61,792 nucleotides of DNA from Candidatus Woesearchaeota archaeon (GTDB lineage: Archaea; Nanobdellota; Nanobdellia; Woesearchaeales; GW2011-AR9): positions 1 to 61,792 of the forward strand of contig JAHFSP010000005.1 in assembly GCA_023265685.1 (NCBI GenBank), written 5' to 3'. Positions 29,191 through 38,687 of the stretch are shown piece after piece. The first letter of the stretch is position 1. Each line of letters starts with the position of its first letter. The notes under the pieces were generated by a model. It was not told the DNA's origin. It made no database searches and was given only the letters and a program-made list of their open reading frames with translations. Both the position numbers and the translations under genes were made by a program.

Positions 29191-30924
29191 CTATCGTCGT
29201 GAAGGTGCTTTACTCTTCTTGCCACCCATCATAAACCATCCAACTAACACGATGGCGACAACAATGACAACAACCCAAATCCAAGTTGACGAACCCGAAC
29301 CGTTATCAACATCATCAGCAGGAGCAACGTCTGCTTGAGAAGGAGTTGGTTGTTCTGTTTGAGGCTGCGCATCACTTGGTTGAACTACAGGTGCCTGAAC
29401 AGGTTCCGTCGTTGTAGGTTTAATAGTTGGTTGAGGCGTAGATACAGGCTGTACAGCAACTTGACCTGGTTGGGCACCAACAGCAAAGTAACTAAAACTT
29501 GGAGTCGTTGCACTATATGAATGCATTTCTCCTTGTGCTGTATGGGTCGTACCTTTATAGGTTGTTGTAAGACGTACCCAATCATTATTGACATAATGAT
29601 ACAACGCAACACCCGCAGCAGCCACACCATTAGATTGAACCCATGCTGTAGGAACAAAGAAATTTACCTGAGCACCAGAAACAATATTAGGTTGTGACGA
29701 TGTTTTGGAAATTTCCATAAACTGATACGCTGTTGCACTAAGCGCACGGGTTCCTGCAGGACGTGTCGTTCCAAATGAACCTACAGAAAGGCGTAGGTCA
29801 GATGCATCTTTACTCAAAGTTGCAACAACAGAAGCAACAGCAATTCTGCTATCAGTGGAAGTCAATGTTGCAGTCTCACCTTGTTTAAGATTACTCCAAC
29901 TCTTCACAGTTGTACTAGTGGCAACATTTGTAACGATTGCTCCGCCACCTCCCCCACCACTGCTACTTCCACTCGAGGAAGATGCTGCAGAAACAGTAAA
30001 ACCAGTAGTGTTAGTCACACTATGACCAATATCATCTGTTGCAACACATGTTGCCGTATAACCACCAGCACTTGTCAGACCTAAATGACCACTAACCGAA
30101 GTAGTGACATTCGAATCCACACTATCCGTAGCCGTACAAGTACAAGTAGGATCAGTTCCTAAAGTAACACTCGTACAAGAAAGGGCAGTGAATGTAGGTG
30201 GATTTAAATCCACATAGAAAGTAGTGGTTTCTGTTGCGTTAGATAAATTAACCGAATTATTAGCAATAACAGTAAGTGTGTAGGACCCATCTCCCAAAAT
30301 AGAAATATTAAGAGAATTGTTTGACCACTGACTTACTAAAGCACCATATTGAAACGCAGGAGATAACCGAACCTGGCCACTACTATTAGACAAGTTATAA
30401 GTGACTGAAACTACATTGGTTACTGAGTCAGTGATAGTTGCATTTATCAAAGTACTCGTGTTAGTTTGGTTAAACACAACTCCACTACTAGGGGAAAGAA
30501 AGGTAACCAGTGGAGCCGAATTATCAACTCGAACATTCGTAATGTTCAGATTTGCAGTTGCAGCAAACGTCGTCGAGTTAAAGTTAGTACCGGCAGCCGA
30601 TTGGTTGAACGCATAACCAGTGACATTATAGTTCCCATCATTAAGAAGACGAGTATTAACCTGGTAGCGCCAAGATGTATTTGTTGCTTCGTTGGGTGTT
30701 GCGTTACTAAAGTTCGCAACCATAAACCCTCCCGACTGGTTCCAAAAACCCCAAGTAACGTTCGTAGCATTAATCGTAGTCATATTAAGCAAAAATGTAC
30801 CCGTAATGTTCTGGCTATTAATCGGCCCCAACACAGTGAGCGTAAGCTGACCTTCAGCAATTGCAACAACAAGTATAGCTGCAATAACCACAAATAAAGA
30901 TAATAATATTGTTGTACGTTTCAA
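29191..30924 (-). CDS. PGF-pre-PGF domain surface glycoprotein with Ig-like domains
   Basis: Signal peptide, many NxS/T sequons, VDNSAP and VDLNPP Ig ends, SSSGGGGG linker, YSATTPSFSYFAVG, Pro/Thr linker, C-terminal TM plus basic tail; GAGGTG SD before TTG 30924. Confidence 0.88.
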   Translation of the reverse strand: MKRTTILLSLFVVIAAILVVAIAEGQLTLTVLGPINSQNITGTFLLNMTTINATNVTWGFWNQSGGFMVANFSNATPNEATNTSWRYQVNTRLLNDGNYNVTGYAFNQSAAGTNFNSTTFAATANLNITNVRVDNSAPLVTFLSPSSGVVFNQTNTSTLINATITDSVTNVVSVTYNLSNSSGQVRLSPAFQYGALVSQWSNNSLNISILGDGSYTLTVIANNSVNLSNATETTTFYVDLNPPTFTALSCTSVTLGTDPTCTCTATDSVDSNVTTSVSGHLGLTSAGGYTATCVATDDIGHSVTNTTGFTVSAASSSSGSSSGGGGGGAIVTNVATSTTVKSWSNLKQGETATLTSTDSRIAVASVVATLSKDASDLRLSVGSFGTTRPAGTRALSATAYQFMEISKTSSQPNIVSGAQVNFFVPTAWVQSNGVAAAGVALYHYVNNDWVRLTTTYKGTTHTAQGEMHSYSATTPSFSYFAVGAQPGQVAVQPVSTPQPTIKPTTTEPVQAPVVQPSDAQPQTEQPTPSQADVAPADDVDNGSGSSTWIWVVVIVVAIVLVGWFMMGGKKSKAPSRR

Positions 30925-31186
30925 TCTAAACACCTCTTTTGATGACACTTTCAACCTAAAATAAATAACACAGAAAGTGAAACTAAGTTCTAGAACAGAT
31001 ATTCAGGTTAATAAAGATTTTGTTTTCAATAAATTAAAACAAGAGATAAAAATTACAAAAAAAAGTTATAAAAATTGTTAAATGCACTTTTTTAATAGAT
31101 TTTCAAGATAATGTTCAAATGTAAAATGCATCGAAAACTATCAACAATAAGTTAGAAAACAAGTTAAAGTTGACCTTCTGAAAATA

Positions 31187-32386
31187 TTACCCGAAATCTT
31201 TAATCACTTTAAGAACCAAATCGAATTCTCTACGAGCATACGTTTTCTTATATGAAGCAACCAGGCCACGCAAAATATCTTTATCAACAACCAACCCTTT
31301 ACGTACAAACCTCTCACGCAACCTACACAAATAATCCACAAATTGAGTTACATTTTGAGGACGTAAATCAGCGTGAGCTCGCTCAAAATCAATAAGAACT
31401 GGTACATACTTCACAACCCCCACAGAAGAAACTGTGTTTGAAATAATAATATGTTTAAACGGATGATGCATCTCCTCTTTGGTAATCCCTAATGTATCTA
31501 AAACAAAACACTGTTTTAACAAATCCATAACAACCCCCACAATCTCTTCAACGGAATGAGTCGTAATCCATTCCTCGAATAAAACTCCTTCAATAAACTC
31601 AAGAACCAGAAACCCCTCCCCTTTCACTAACAACCTAGCTCCAATTTTCTTCAAATTTACCTTCGACAAAATCTGCGCTTCACGAACACTACTTGCCATG
31701 GAAGCACTTCCCAACTGCTCAACTTTAATCGCAACCTTCCTCGTGCCTTTAAAACCACGATACACCCTCCCCCTCTTACCCTTAGCATGAAATGAAATAG
31801 ACCTAATACCCAGAGCCTCCAACTCAACAAGAAGAGAAGACCGAGTAATCTTATAGACATACAACTCCTCAAAAGAAATTTTCGTACTTCCGACAAGTTC
31901 CCAACCCAAAAGACGATCCCGCAAAATCTGATCAATCTTAACCTTATTAGTCAATGTTGAAAACAAAAATAAAACAATCCCCCCTCGATTAAGATGTGAA
32001 ACAACACTTTCAAAAAACCGTTCTGAAATCTCCCACCCATTTTTACCACCATATAATGCCAGATTATGAATACCCTCATCCTGCGGCAAATAAGGCGGAT
32101 TGAAAATAATTGTATCGAATTTTCCACGAACCTTTTCAAAAAGATCACTCTGAATAATTGTAAGCTTCGCAACTCTTTGCTTTCTTTTTTGAAAACACAA
32201 CTCTTCAATAACCGCAGGATTGATATCAACCGCTGTGACACTGCTCACTCGCTTATTTTTCAACGCCGTGAACGCCTGAATACCTGATCCCGTACCAACA
32301 TCAAGCACAGTACCAAAAGCATATTTTTCAACTACTTTAGCAAGAAGGATAGAATCCTCAGCGGGTTCGTAAATAGAATCGTGCAT
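31187..32386 (-). CDS. HemK2/Mtq2-type methyltransferase fused to a protein-kinase-like domain
   Basis: IYEPAEDS, LDVGTGSG, FNPPYLP; then AKGKRGRVY, VAIK, EAQIL, LEFIEG, HPFKHII, LIDFE. Confidence 0.88.
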   Translation of the reverse strand: MHDSIYEPAEDSILLAKVVEKYAFGTVLDVGTGSGIQAFTALKNKRVSSVTAVDINPAVIEELCFQKRKQRVAKLTIIQSDLFEKVRGKFDTIIFNPPYLPQDEGIHNLALYGGKNGWEISERFFESVVSHLNRGGIVLFLFSTLTNKVKIDQILRDRLLGWELVGSTKISFEELYVYKITRSSLLVELEALGIRSISFHAKGKRGRVYRGFKGTRKVAIKVEQLGSASMASSVREAQILSKVNLKKIGARLLVKGEGFLVLEFIEGVLFEEWITTHSVEEIVGVVMDLLKQCFVLDTLGITKEEMHHPFKHIIISNTVSSVGVVKYVPVLIDFERAHADLRPQNVTQFVDYLCRLRERFVRKGLVVDKDILRGLVASYKKTYARREFDLVLKVIKDFG

Positions 32387-32646
32387 ACACGCAAAACACC
32401 CCCTTCCTAAATAAATATTCCTAGATGAAATGTGATAGATATACCAATATACCCTCGTGAAGTTGATAGTGAAGTTTATAGCAAAGTACGATCTCAACAA
32501 TTCCAAAAGAAAATGTAAATCAAAACACCAGAATCAATTAACCACATTGAGCGAACTAAAAGCCTACCCAAAAATCACCCCATTAAAACTGCCACACCAC
32601 ATTTTTATTAAAAAAAAATCACATTGAAAACATCTATTCTTTCTCT

Positions 32647-33153
32647 TCAATTCTTCCTCTTCAACTCCGCAATCTCCTTCTTTAAGTGCAATAAAATTTC
32701 CAATTGCTTCTGATCAATCTGTAAATCGCGAATATCTTTCTCTAAATCCAATTCAGCTCGAGCCTGATCACGTTTAGCAGCACGATTCTGACTCATCAAA
32801 ATAATCGGAGCCTGCACCGCAGCCAGCATTGAAAGACCCAAATTGAGTAAAATGAAAGGAAAAGGATCATACGCAGATACCAAAATGACCGCATTAAGGA
32901 TAATCCATCCTATCAACACAACAAAAAAAGTAGTGATAAAACTCCAACTTCCACCAACCTCAGCGATTCTATCCGATAACTTATCAAGCTTCTTCAAATC
33001 TCTCTTATAAAGAAGATCAAGTCTTTGAAGAGTACTTTCAACTTTGTGAATTTCATGCTCAAAAACTTGAATAATATCCTCCTCCGCATCAAAAAGAACG
33101 CGAGACGTAGAATATGAAGATGAATCTTTATGAGTAAGTTTTTTCACAGCCAT
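32647..33153 (-). CDS. DUF1003 membrane protein
   Basis: SDRIAEVGGSWSFI, YDPFPFILLNL.LS.LAA.QAPIILMSQNR. Confidence 0.92.
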   Translation of the reverse strand: MAVKKLTHKDSSSYSTSRVLFDAEEDIIQVFEHEIHKVESTLQRLDLLYKRDLKKLDKLSDRIAEVGGSWSFITTFFVVLIGWIILNAVILVSAYDPFPFILLNLGLSMLAAVQAPIILMSQNRAAKRDQARAELDLEKDIRDLQIDQKQLEILLHLKKEIAELKRKN

Positions 33154-33155
33154 TC

Positions 33156-33270
33156 TAACACCATTTTTAACACCATTTTCATAGACATCTACGCCACCCT
33201 AATCTACTCTTTCTATACCCTTAATCTACACCTTCTACTTCCTAATCTACACTCTAAAATCTACACCCCA
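33156..33270. repeat. Decayed intergenic tandem repeats
   Basis: TAACACCATTTT x2, then several (T)AATCTACAC-like units. Confidence 0.55.
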
Positions 33271-33274
33271 AAAT

Positions 33275-34753
33275 TTACACCACCCTATATCCAATCGATT
33301 CTTTGAGAACATCATTTGCTAAATCACGATGCGACTCACTCTCACTATACACAGTATAGAGAACTGTTCCCTTAGAAACACGTACCCCATTACGAACATG
33401 AACATAAACGCCTGCCCCCTTATCCAAAGGAGCACCAGCAACTCGCGCCACCCGAGCAATAATCTCATTATCAATCTCTTTCACGACTCCAGCACGCACT
33501 GAACGCACATCAATTGTAAACGACCCCAATTTCATTGGCTTCTGGACACCCTGAGCCCGAATCATCTCTTGCATTTTCACATGAGCCTTCCCACTCACTA
33601 AAATTTCCGAAACGCGAGTAAACGCCTGACTCATTGAACATTTACAAACCATCTGGAGTAATTGGGCCGCCATAAAGAGAGCTTTAGAACGTAAATCTTG
33701 AGGTGCCGCAGGTTCATTACGTAACACCGACATAACATCATTTGCTTCCAGAAGAGGACCTACCCCATATCCAATCGGCTGTGAGCCATCAGTGATAATC
33801 ACACGCATCGTCATTCCTAAACGCTCTCCCACCGCCGTAAACATTTTTTTAAGATGCTCAGCTTCCGCACGTGTTTTGACCTTTGCCGTTTTCCCCATGG
33901 GAATATCAATCAAGACGTGTGACGAACCAACAGAATATTTCTTCGCCATGACTGATGCCAACATCTGACCCTCAGCATCAATTGAAAGAGGATGTTCAAC
34001 CGTAATAATCTTATCATCAGCAGGTGCTAAATTCATCGCCCCACCATGGACAATACATGCACCTGTTTTCTTAACAACCTGTTTGATTTTTTTCTCGGAA
34101 AGCATGACCTTTGCTAAACACTCCATTGTATCTGCTGTTCCCGCAGGTGATGTAATTGCCCGTGAACTAGTTTTAGGAATAGTATAACCAGCCGCCGCAA
34201 TAATGGGAATCACAATCATCGTCGTACGATTTCCAGGAAGTCCGCCTATACAATGTTTATCCAACGTTGGCTTTCCAAAATGAAGTTTTTCTCCCGTATC
34301 AACCATCGCTTTAGTCATATCAACCGTTTCGCGCAAATCCCATCCATGCACAAACCCCGCTGACACAAAATACGTTTTTTCAATATCACTTAATCGATCA
34401 TGAGTAATATCATCAATAATCGCAAATAACTCTTTATATGACAACTTTGTACCAAACAACTTCTTTCGAATATATTCCAGCGACTCCGGCTTACCAGCAT
34501 ATCGCACTCGCACCATATTCCCTTTTGTAACACGTAACTGCGTCAAGACCTCTTCAAACAAACCAATTGAACCTTCAGGCACCGCCTTTTCGTTTTGTGC
34601 AATATCAAGTAAACAAATAATTTCTTTGGGATGATCTTTAATTGCAATCCGATCTCCATTATGTAAATCGAGACGCAACGCATCATTCTTATGCAAGATA
34701 GCAACCAACGGACCACCCGTTGCAATATCCATATCCTTAACTTTAAAACGCAT
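33275..34753 (-). CDS. deoA: AMP phosphorylase (thymidine phosphorylase family)
   Basis: DKHCIGGLPGNRTT, PKTSSRAITSPAGTAD, APADDKII, DGSQPIG.GVGP.LEA, AGAP.DKGAG. Confidence 0.95.
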   Translation of the reverse strand: MRFKVKDMDIATGGPLVAILHKNDALRLDLHNGDRIAIKDHPKEIICLLDIAQNEKAVPEGSIGLFEEVLTQLRVTKGNMVRVRYAGKPESLEYIRKKLFGTKLSYKELFAIIDDITHDRLSDIEKTYFVSAGFVHGWDLRETVDMTKAMVDTGEKLHFGKPTLDKHCIGGLPGNRTTMIVIPIIAAAGYTIPKTSSRAITSPAGTADTMECLAKVMLSEKKIKQVVKKTGACIVHGGAMNLAPADDKIITVEHPLSIDAEGQMLASVMAKKYSVGSSHVLIDIPMGKTAKVKTRAEAEHLKKMFTAVGERLGMTMRVIITDGSQPIGYGVGPLLEANDVMSVLRNEPAAPQDLRSKALFMAAQLLQMVCKCSMSQAFTRVSEILVSGKAHVKMQEMIRAQGVQKPMKLGSFTIDVRSVRAGVVKEIDNEIIARVARVAGAPLDKGAGVYVHVRNGVRVSKGTVLYTVYSESESHRDLANDVLKESIGYRVV

Positions 34754-35010
34754 ACCTATCCCTCTTTTTTATGCAGCTCACTAATTCCACCTGCAAACCT
34801 ATCTAATCATCTATCTAATCAAAATGAATCATTTTATTGTTTATATAGATTTGGGATGGTCGAGTTGAGAAGAAAGCAAAACATCAAATCTTTAAATCTA
34901 GACACACACTTTTGAGCCTATTACAATCCTGTCCTGATCCTGCCTAGGTTCTGTCCAGGCCCATTACATAAAAAGATTTAAAAAACACCGCTTGATCTGA
35001 CCTGTTTAGT

Positions 35011-35150
35011 GGGCCCGTGGTCTAGCGGTTACGGAAATGAACAATTCCGCCACAGATGACAGCGCCCTTACAAGAAGACATGAATGGTTCAAACCAAACA
35101 AATGCTTCTCTGAAAGGCGTTAGTCCCCGGTTCAAATCCGGGCGGGCCCA
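35011..35150 (+). tRNA. tRNA-Val(TAC) with two introns (35031-35055 in D-loop; 35073-35114 at 37/38)
   Basis: Acceptor GGGCCCG/CGGGCCC+A, anticodon arm GCGCC-CTTACAA-GGCGT after splicing, T arm CCCGG-TTCAAAT-CCGGG; 73 nt mature; relaxed BHB motifs. Confidence 0.9.
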
Positions 35151-35154
35151 TTTA

Positions 35155-35291
35155 TACTTCTTTTATCAAAACCAGATTACGGATTTGGAACGGGTCACGA
35201 ACGCAGCGAAAGCGAAGTGACTCGACCCGGTTCAAATACCTTGTGAGGGACCACAAACCCCTCGGGTTTGAGTGTCCGGGCGGGCCCATTT
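35155..35291 (+). repeat. tRNA-downstream element plus duplicated tRNA 3' end with T-loop insertion (copy 2)
   Basis: 35155-35225 nearly identical to 24640-24710; 35226-35291 repeats CCCGGTTCAAA|TCCGGGCGGGCCCATTT with a 38-nt insert (35237-35274). Confidence 0.9.
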
Positions 35292-35373
35292 TTATTTTCC
35301 CATTCATTTCTTATAGCCCATATCTTTCTCTAAAACCACACTTTTTATATACCAAAACTAATCTAAGATCACC

Positions 35374-36120
35374 GTGGATCAAAAAATCTTTGACATGCTT
35401 CTCGAGGAAGAAGAGATTAGCTGGAAAGCTATTCTTCAAGACCTTGTAAAAAGTGAACAGATGGACCCTTGGGATATCGACATCAAACTTCTTGCCCAAA
35501 AATATCTTCAAGTCATTAAAGAAATGCAAGGACACGATCTCAAAATCTCTGGAAAAATTTTGCTCGCGGCTGCTTTCTTACTCAAACTCAAATGCGCAAA
35601 CTTACTCGAAAAAGATTTCACCCGACTCGATGAACTCATGAGTCAAACCGAAAGCCTCGAAGAACTCGAAGAAGAAATTTTTGAAGGTGTTGATGGCGAA
35701 AAACGTGTCAAAGAAAAATATCAACTCATCCCACGCAACCCTCAACCCCGTAACCGTAAAGTCTCACTCCACGACCTCATTGATGCTCTTCAACACGCCA
35801 TGGTCAGCAAAAAACGTTTCCTTGAAAAAATCAGACCCGTAAAATTCAAACTTCCCGAACACAAAGGTGACATCATGGAAGCCATTCGCGACGTCTATCA
35901 AAAATTGATTTACTATACACAAAAAGATTCCAAAACCACTATTCCGTTCAGTCGACTTCTCCCACCCAAAAGCGGCAAAGAAGACAAAGTCTACACCTTC
36001 GTTCCCCTCCTTCATCTCGAAAACCAACATCGCGTCGAAATGGAACAAAAGAAAGCATTTGAAGAAATTGCAGTAACGTTACGAAATAGAACACCTAAAA
36101 AGACAGCACAAAAAGCATAG
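35374..36120 (+). CDS. scpA: Segregation and condensation protein A (kleisin)
   Basis: MDPWDIDI..L...YL, SGK.LLAAA.LLKLK, RKVSL.DLIDAL, FVPLLHLE....VEMEQ...FEEI. Confidence 0.93.
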   Translation: MDQKIFDMLLEEEEISWKAILQDLVKSEQMDPWDIDIKLLAQKYLQVIKEMQGHDLKISGKILLAAAFLLKLKCANLLEKDFTRLDELMSQTESLEELEEEIFEGVDGEKRVKEKYQLIPRNPQPRNRKVSLHDLIDALQHAMVSKKRFLEKIRPVKFKLPEHKGDIMEAIRDVYQKLIYYTQKDSKTTIPFSRLLPPKSGKEDKVYTFVPLLHLENQHRVEMEQKKAFEEIAVTLRNRTPKKTAQKA

Positions 36121-36261
36121 CAACAACGCAAAACGTAACCCCACCAAATCTTCAATCTCTCCTCCACTTCTCGTGCCCTTCACAACCTTTTTAAACCTCC
36201 CAGCTACTTCTCAAATACAAAAAAACAAATAGCAAAAAGTGCAAATCGAGTAAAATAACCC

Positions 36262-38154
36262 ATGACCGCCGTAAAATCAACCAAGAACATCACCGTACCT
36301 ACAAAACTAGTCGACCAGGTCATTGGTCAGGAAGAAGCAGTTAACATTATCAAAAAAGCTGCAGGACAACGTCGTCACGTTCTTTTAATTGGTGATCCGG
36401 GAACCGGAAAAAGTATGTTAGGCCTAGCTCTCGCTGAACTCCTTCCTCGCTCTGACCTTAAAGACATTCTTGCATTTCCTAATCCCAACGACGAAAATAA
36501 TCCTACCATTCAAGAAACACCCGCAGGTAAAGGCCGCGATGAAGTCAAGCGGCTTCAAATTGATGCTAAAGAAATGCTCAAGAGTAACAATTTTCTCTTA
36601 TTCATTGTCGCAATCATCACCTTAATCGCACCCTGGTGGATACGCTATCACTACAAATCAGACATTATGTTTGCTGCATTCTTTCTCGGAGGCATGATTT
36701 TTCTTGCTGCCTTTGCCATGATGTTAAGCATGGGACCACGTATGTTCAAGCAAGGAATCATCATCGCACCCAAAGTCATCGTCGACAACTTTGGCAAAAA
36801 ACAAGCACCATTCTTTGACGCGACCGGTGCGCATGCCGGTGCTCTCTTAGGTGATGTTCTTCATGATCCATTTCAATCAGGTGGATTAGGAACCCCCGCT
36901 AACCAGCGCGTTGTCGCAGGAATGATCCACAAAGCCCACATGGGTGTCCTCTTTATCGACGAAATTGCGACGCTTCACCCTCGAACACAACAAGAACTTC
37001 TATCTGCAATTCAAGAAAAGAAATTTCCTATTACTGGTCAATCAGAACGTTCAGCAGGAGCCATGGTACGCACCGAAGCAGTACCTTGTGATTTCATTCT
37101 CGTTGCCGCAGGCAATCTCGAAACAATCAAAAAAATGCATCCCGCTCTACGCTCACGTATTCGTGGTTATGGATATGAAATCTATATGAACGAAACCATG
37201 ACCGATACCCCCGAGAACCGTGAAAAAGTCTCACGCTTCGTTGCCCAAGAAGTCAAAAAAGAAAACGGCAAAATTCCCCACTTTACCGGTGAAGGCGTCG
37301 CCTCAATTATTGAAGAATCACGACGACGTGCCAATCGTAAAGGTCACCTCACTCTTCATCTTCGTAATCTAGGAGGATTAATACGTGCTGCGGGCGATCT
37401 CGCCAAAGAAGAAGGTGTTGAAGTGACTGCTAAACACGTCAAAGCCGCAAAACTCCTTGCCCGTCCTCTTGAACAACAAATCGCCGACAAATACATCGAA
37501 CGCAAAAAAGAATACGAAGTCATCATGACCTCAGGCAAACGTGTTGGACGTGTCAATGGTCTTGCCGTAATTGGAGAAGGCAGTGCCCACTCTGGCATTC
37601 TCTTACCAATTGAAGCAGAAGTCACCCCCGGCGGTAAAAAATCAGAAATTATTGCGACAGGAAAACTCGGTGAAATCGCCAAAGAAGCAATCAAAAACGT
37701 CTCGGCTATTATTCTCAAATACTTTGGTGAAGACATCAAAGAAAAATACGACATCTTCGTCCAATTCCTTCAAACCTATGAAGGCGTCGAGGGCGATAGC
37801 GCTTCCATTGCGGTTGCGACAGCGATCATTTCCGCACTCAAAGACATTCCTATTCGACAAGATGTTGCCATGACCGGATCACTCTCTGTAAGAGGAGACG
37901 TTTTACCTGTAGGAGGTGTCTCATCGAAAGTAGAAGCAGCTATTGACACTGGTATCAAAGTAATTATCGTACCCCACTCCAACATGCAAGACATCGTTAT
38001 TGACGAAGCGAAACTTGCCACTGTCAAGATTATTCCAGTCCATACCATCCAAGAAGTCCTCGACAACGCCCTTGATTGGGAAGGCAAAGAAAGCCTACGA
38101 GAAAATATCTTTGGCGGAAAAGTAGGGAAAAAAGGGAAGAAACCAGCACAGTAA
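36262..38154 (+). CDS. lonB: Archaeal ATP-dependent Lon protease (LonB)
   Basis: GDPGTGKS, two TM insert, [14 protein letters not shown] catalytic Ser, [18 protein letters not shown]. Confidence 0.97.
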   Translation: MTAVKSTKNITVPTKLVDQVIGQEEAVNIIKKAAGQRRHVLLIGDPGTGKSMLGLALAELLPRSDLKDILAFPNPNDENNPTIQETPAGKGRDEVKRLQIDAKEMLKSNNFLLFIVAIITLIAPWWIRYHYKSDIMFAAFFLGGMIFLAAFAMMLSMGPRMFKQGIIIAPKVIVDNFGKKQAPFFDATGAHAGALLGDVLHDPFQSGGLGTPANQRVVAGMIHKAHMGVLFIDEIATLHPRTQQELLSAIQEKKFPITGQSERSAGAMVRTEAVPCDFILVAAGNLETIKKMHPALRSRIRGYGYEIYMNETMTDTPENREKVSRFVAQEVKKENGKIPHFTGEGVASIIEESRRRANRKGHLTLHLRNLGGLIRAAGDLAKEEGVEVTAKHVKAAKLLARPLEQQIADKYIERKKEYEVIMTSGKRVGRVNGLAVIGEGSAHSGILLPIEAEVTPGGKKSEIIATGKLGEIAKEAIKNVSAIILKYFGEDIKEKYDIFVQFLQTYEGVEGDSASIAVATAIISALKDIPIRQDVAMTGSLSVRGDVLPVGGVSSKVEAAIDTGIKVIIVPHSNMQDIVIDEAKLATVKIIPVHTIQEVLDNALDWEGKESLRENIFGGKVGKKGKKPAQ

Positions 38155-38202
38155 AAAGACCAACCAAAACCTTTAAAAACCACCTCCTAATTTAGCTTCA
38201 TT

Positions 38203-38580
38203 ATGGCACGATCTCAATTTCGATCTCAACGAAAACCCAGTGGCGGACGCTTTCATGCATTCCGTACTAAACGCAAATCTGAACTTGCTGGCTTTCCATC
38301 ACTAACCAAAGTGTCTCCTGATCGCAAGTTTCAAACCAAACGTGTTGTTGGTAACAATACCAAATTCTCGCTTCTAACCGTCCATGACATCAACGTCACC
38401 GATAAAAACGGAAAAACCAGTAAAACGCCTATTCTTAACGTTGTCGACAACGCTGCAAACAAAAACTTGGTTCGACGTAACATCGTCACCAAAGGCGCTG
38501 TTGTTGAAACAAAACTTGGTCGCGTTCGCGTCACCTCACGACCTGGACAAGAAGCCAGTGTTAATGGTAAATTAGTCTAG
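38203..38580 (+). CDS. rps8e: 30S ribosomal protein S8e
   Basis: RKPSGGR...R.KRK.ELA, RRNIVTKGAVVET..G..RVTSRPGQ. Confidence 0.96.
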   Translation: MARSQFRSQRKPSGGRFHAFRTKRKSELAGFPSLTKVSPDRKFQTKRVVGNNTKFSLLTVHDINVTDKNGKTSKTPILNVVDNAANKNLVRRNIVTKGAVVETKLGRVRVTSRPGQEASVNGKLV

Positions 38581-38687
38581 AGTTTTTATTTTTCTCTTTC
38601 ACACATTTTAATCTAATCTCTTCAAAGAGTATATTCTAATAAACAAAGGTATATAAGAACAAAGAAAGAGATTTCAATTGAAAAAAG

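Noticed and set aside
24640-35291. The two shared elements as ends of one 10-kb integrated island
   Set aside because: Each has its own local tRNA duplication, and the intervening DNA holds core genes (S-layer, AMP phosphorylase) and no integrase.
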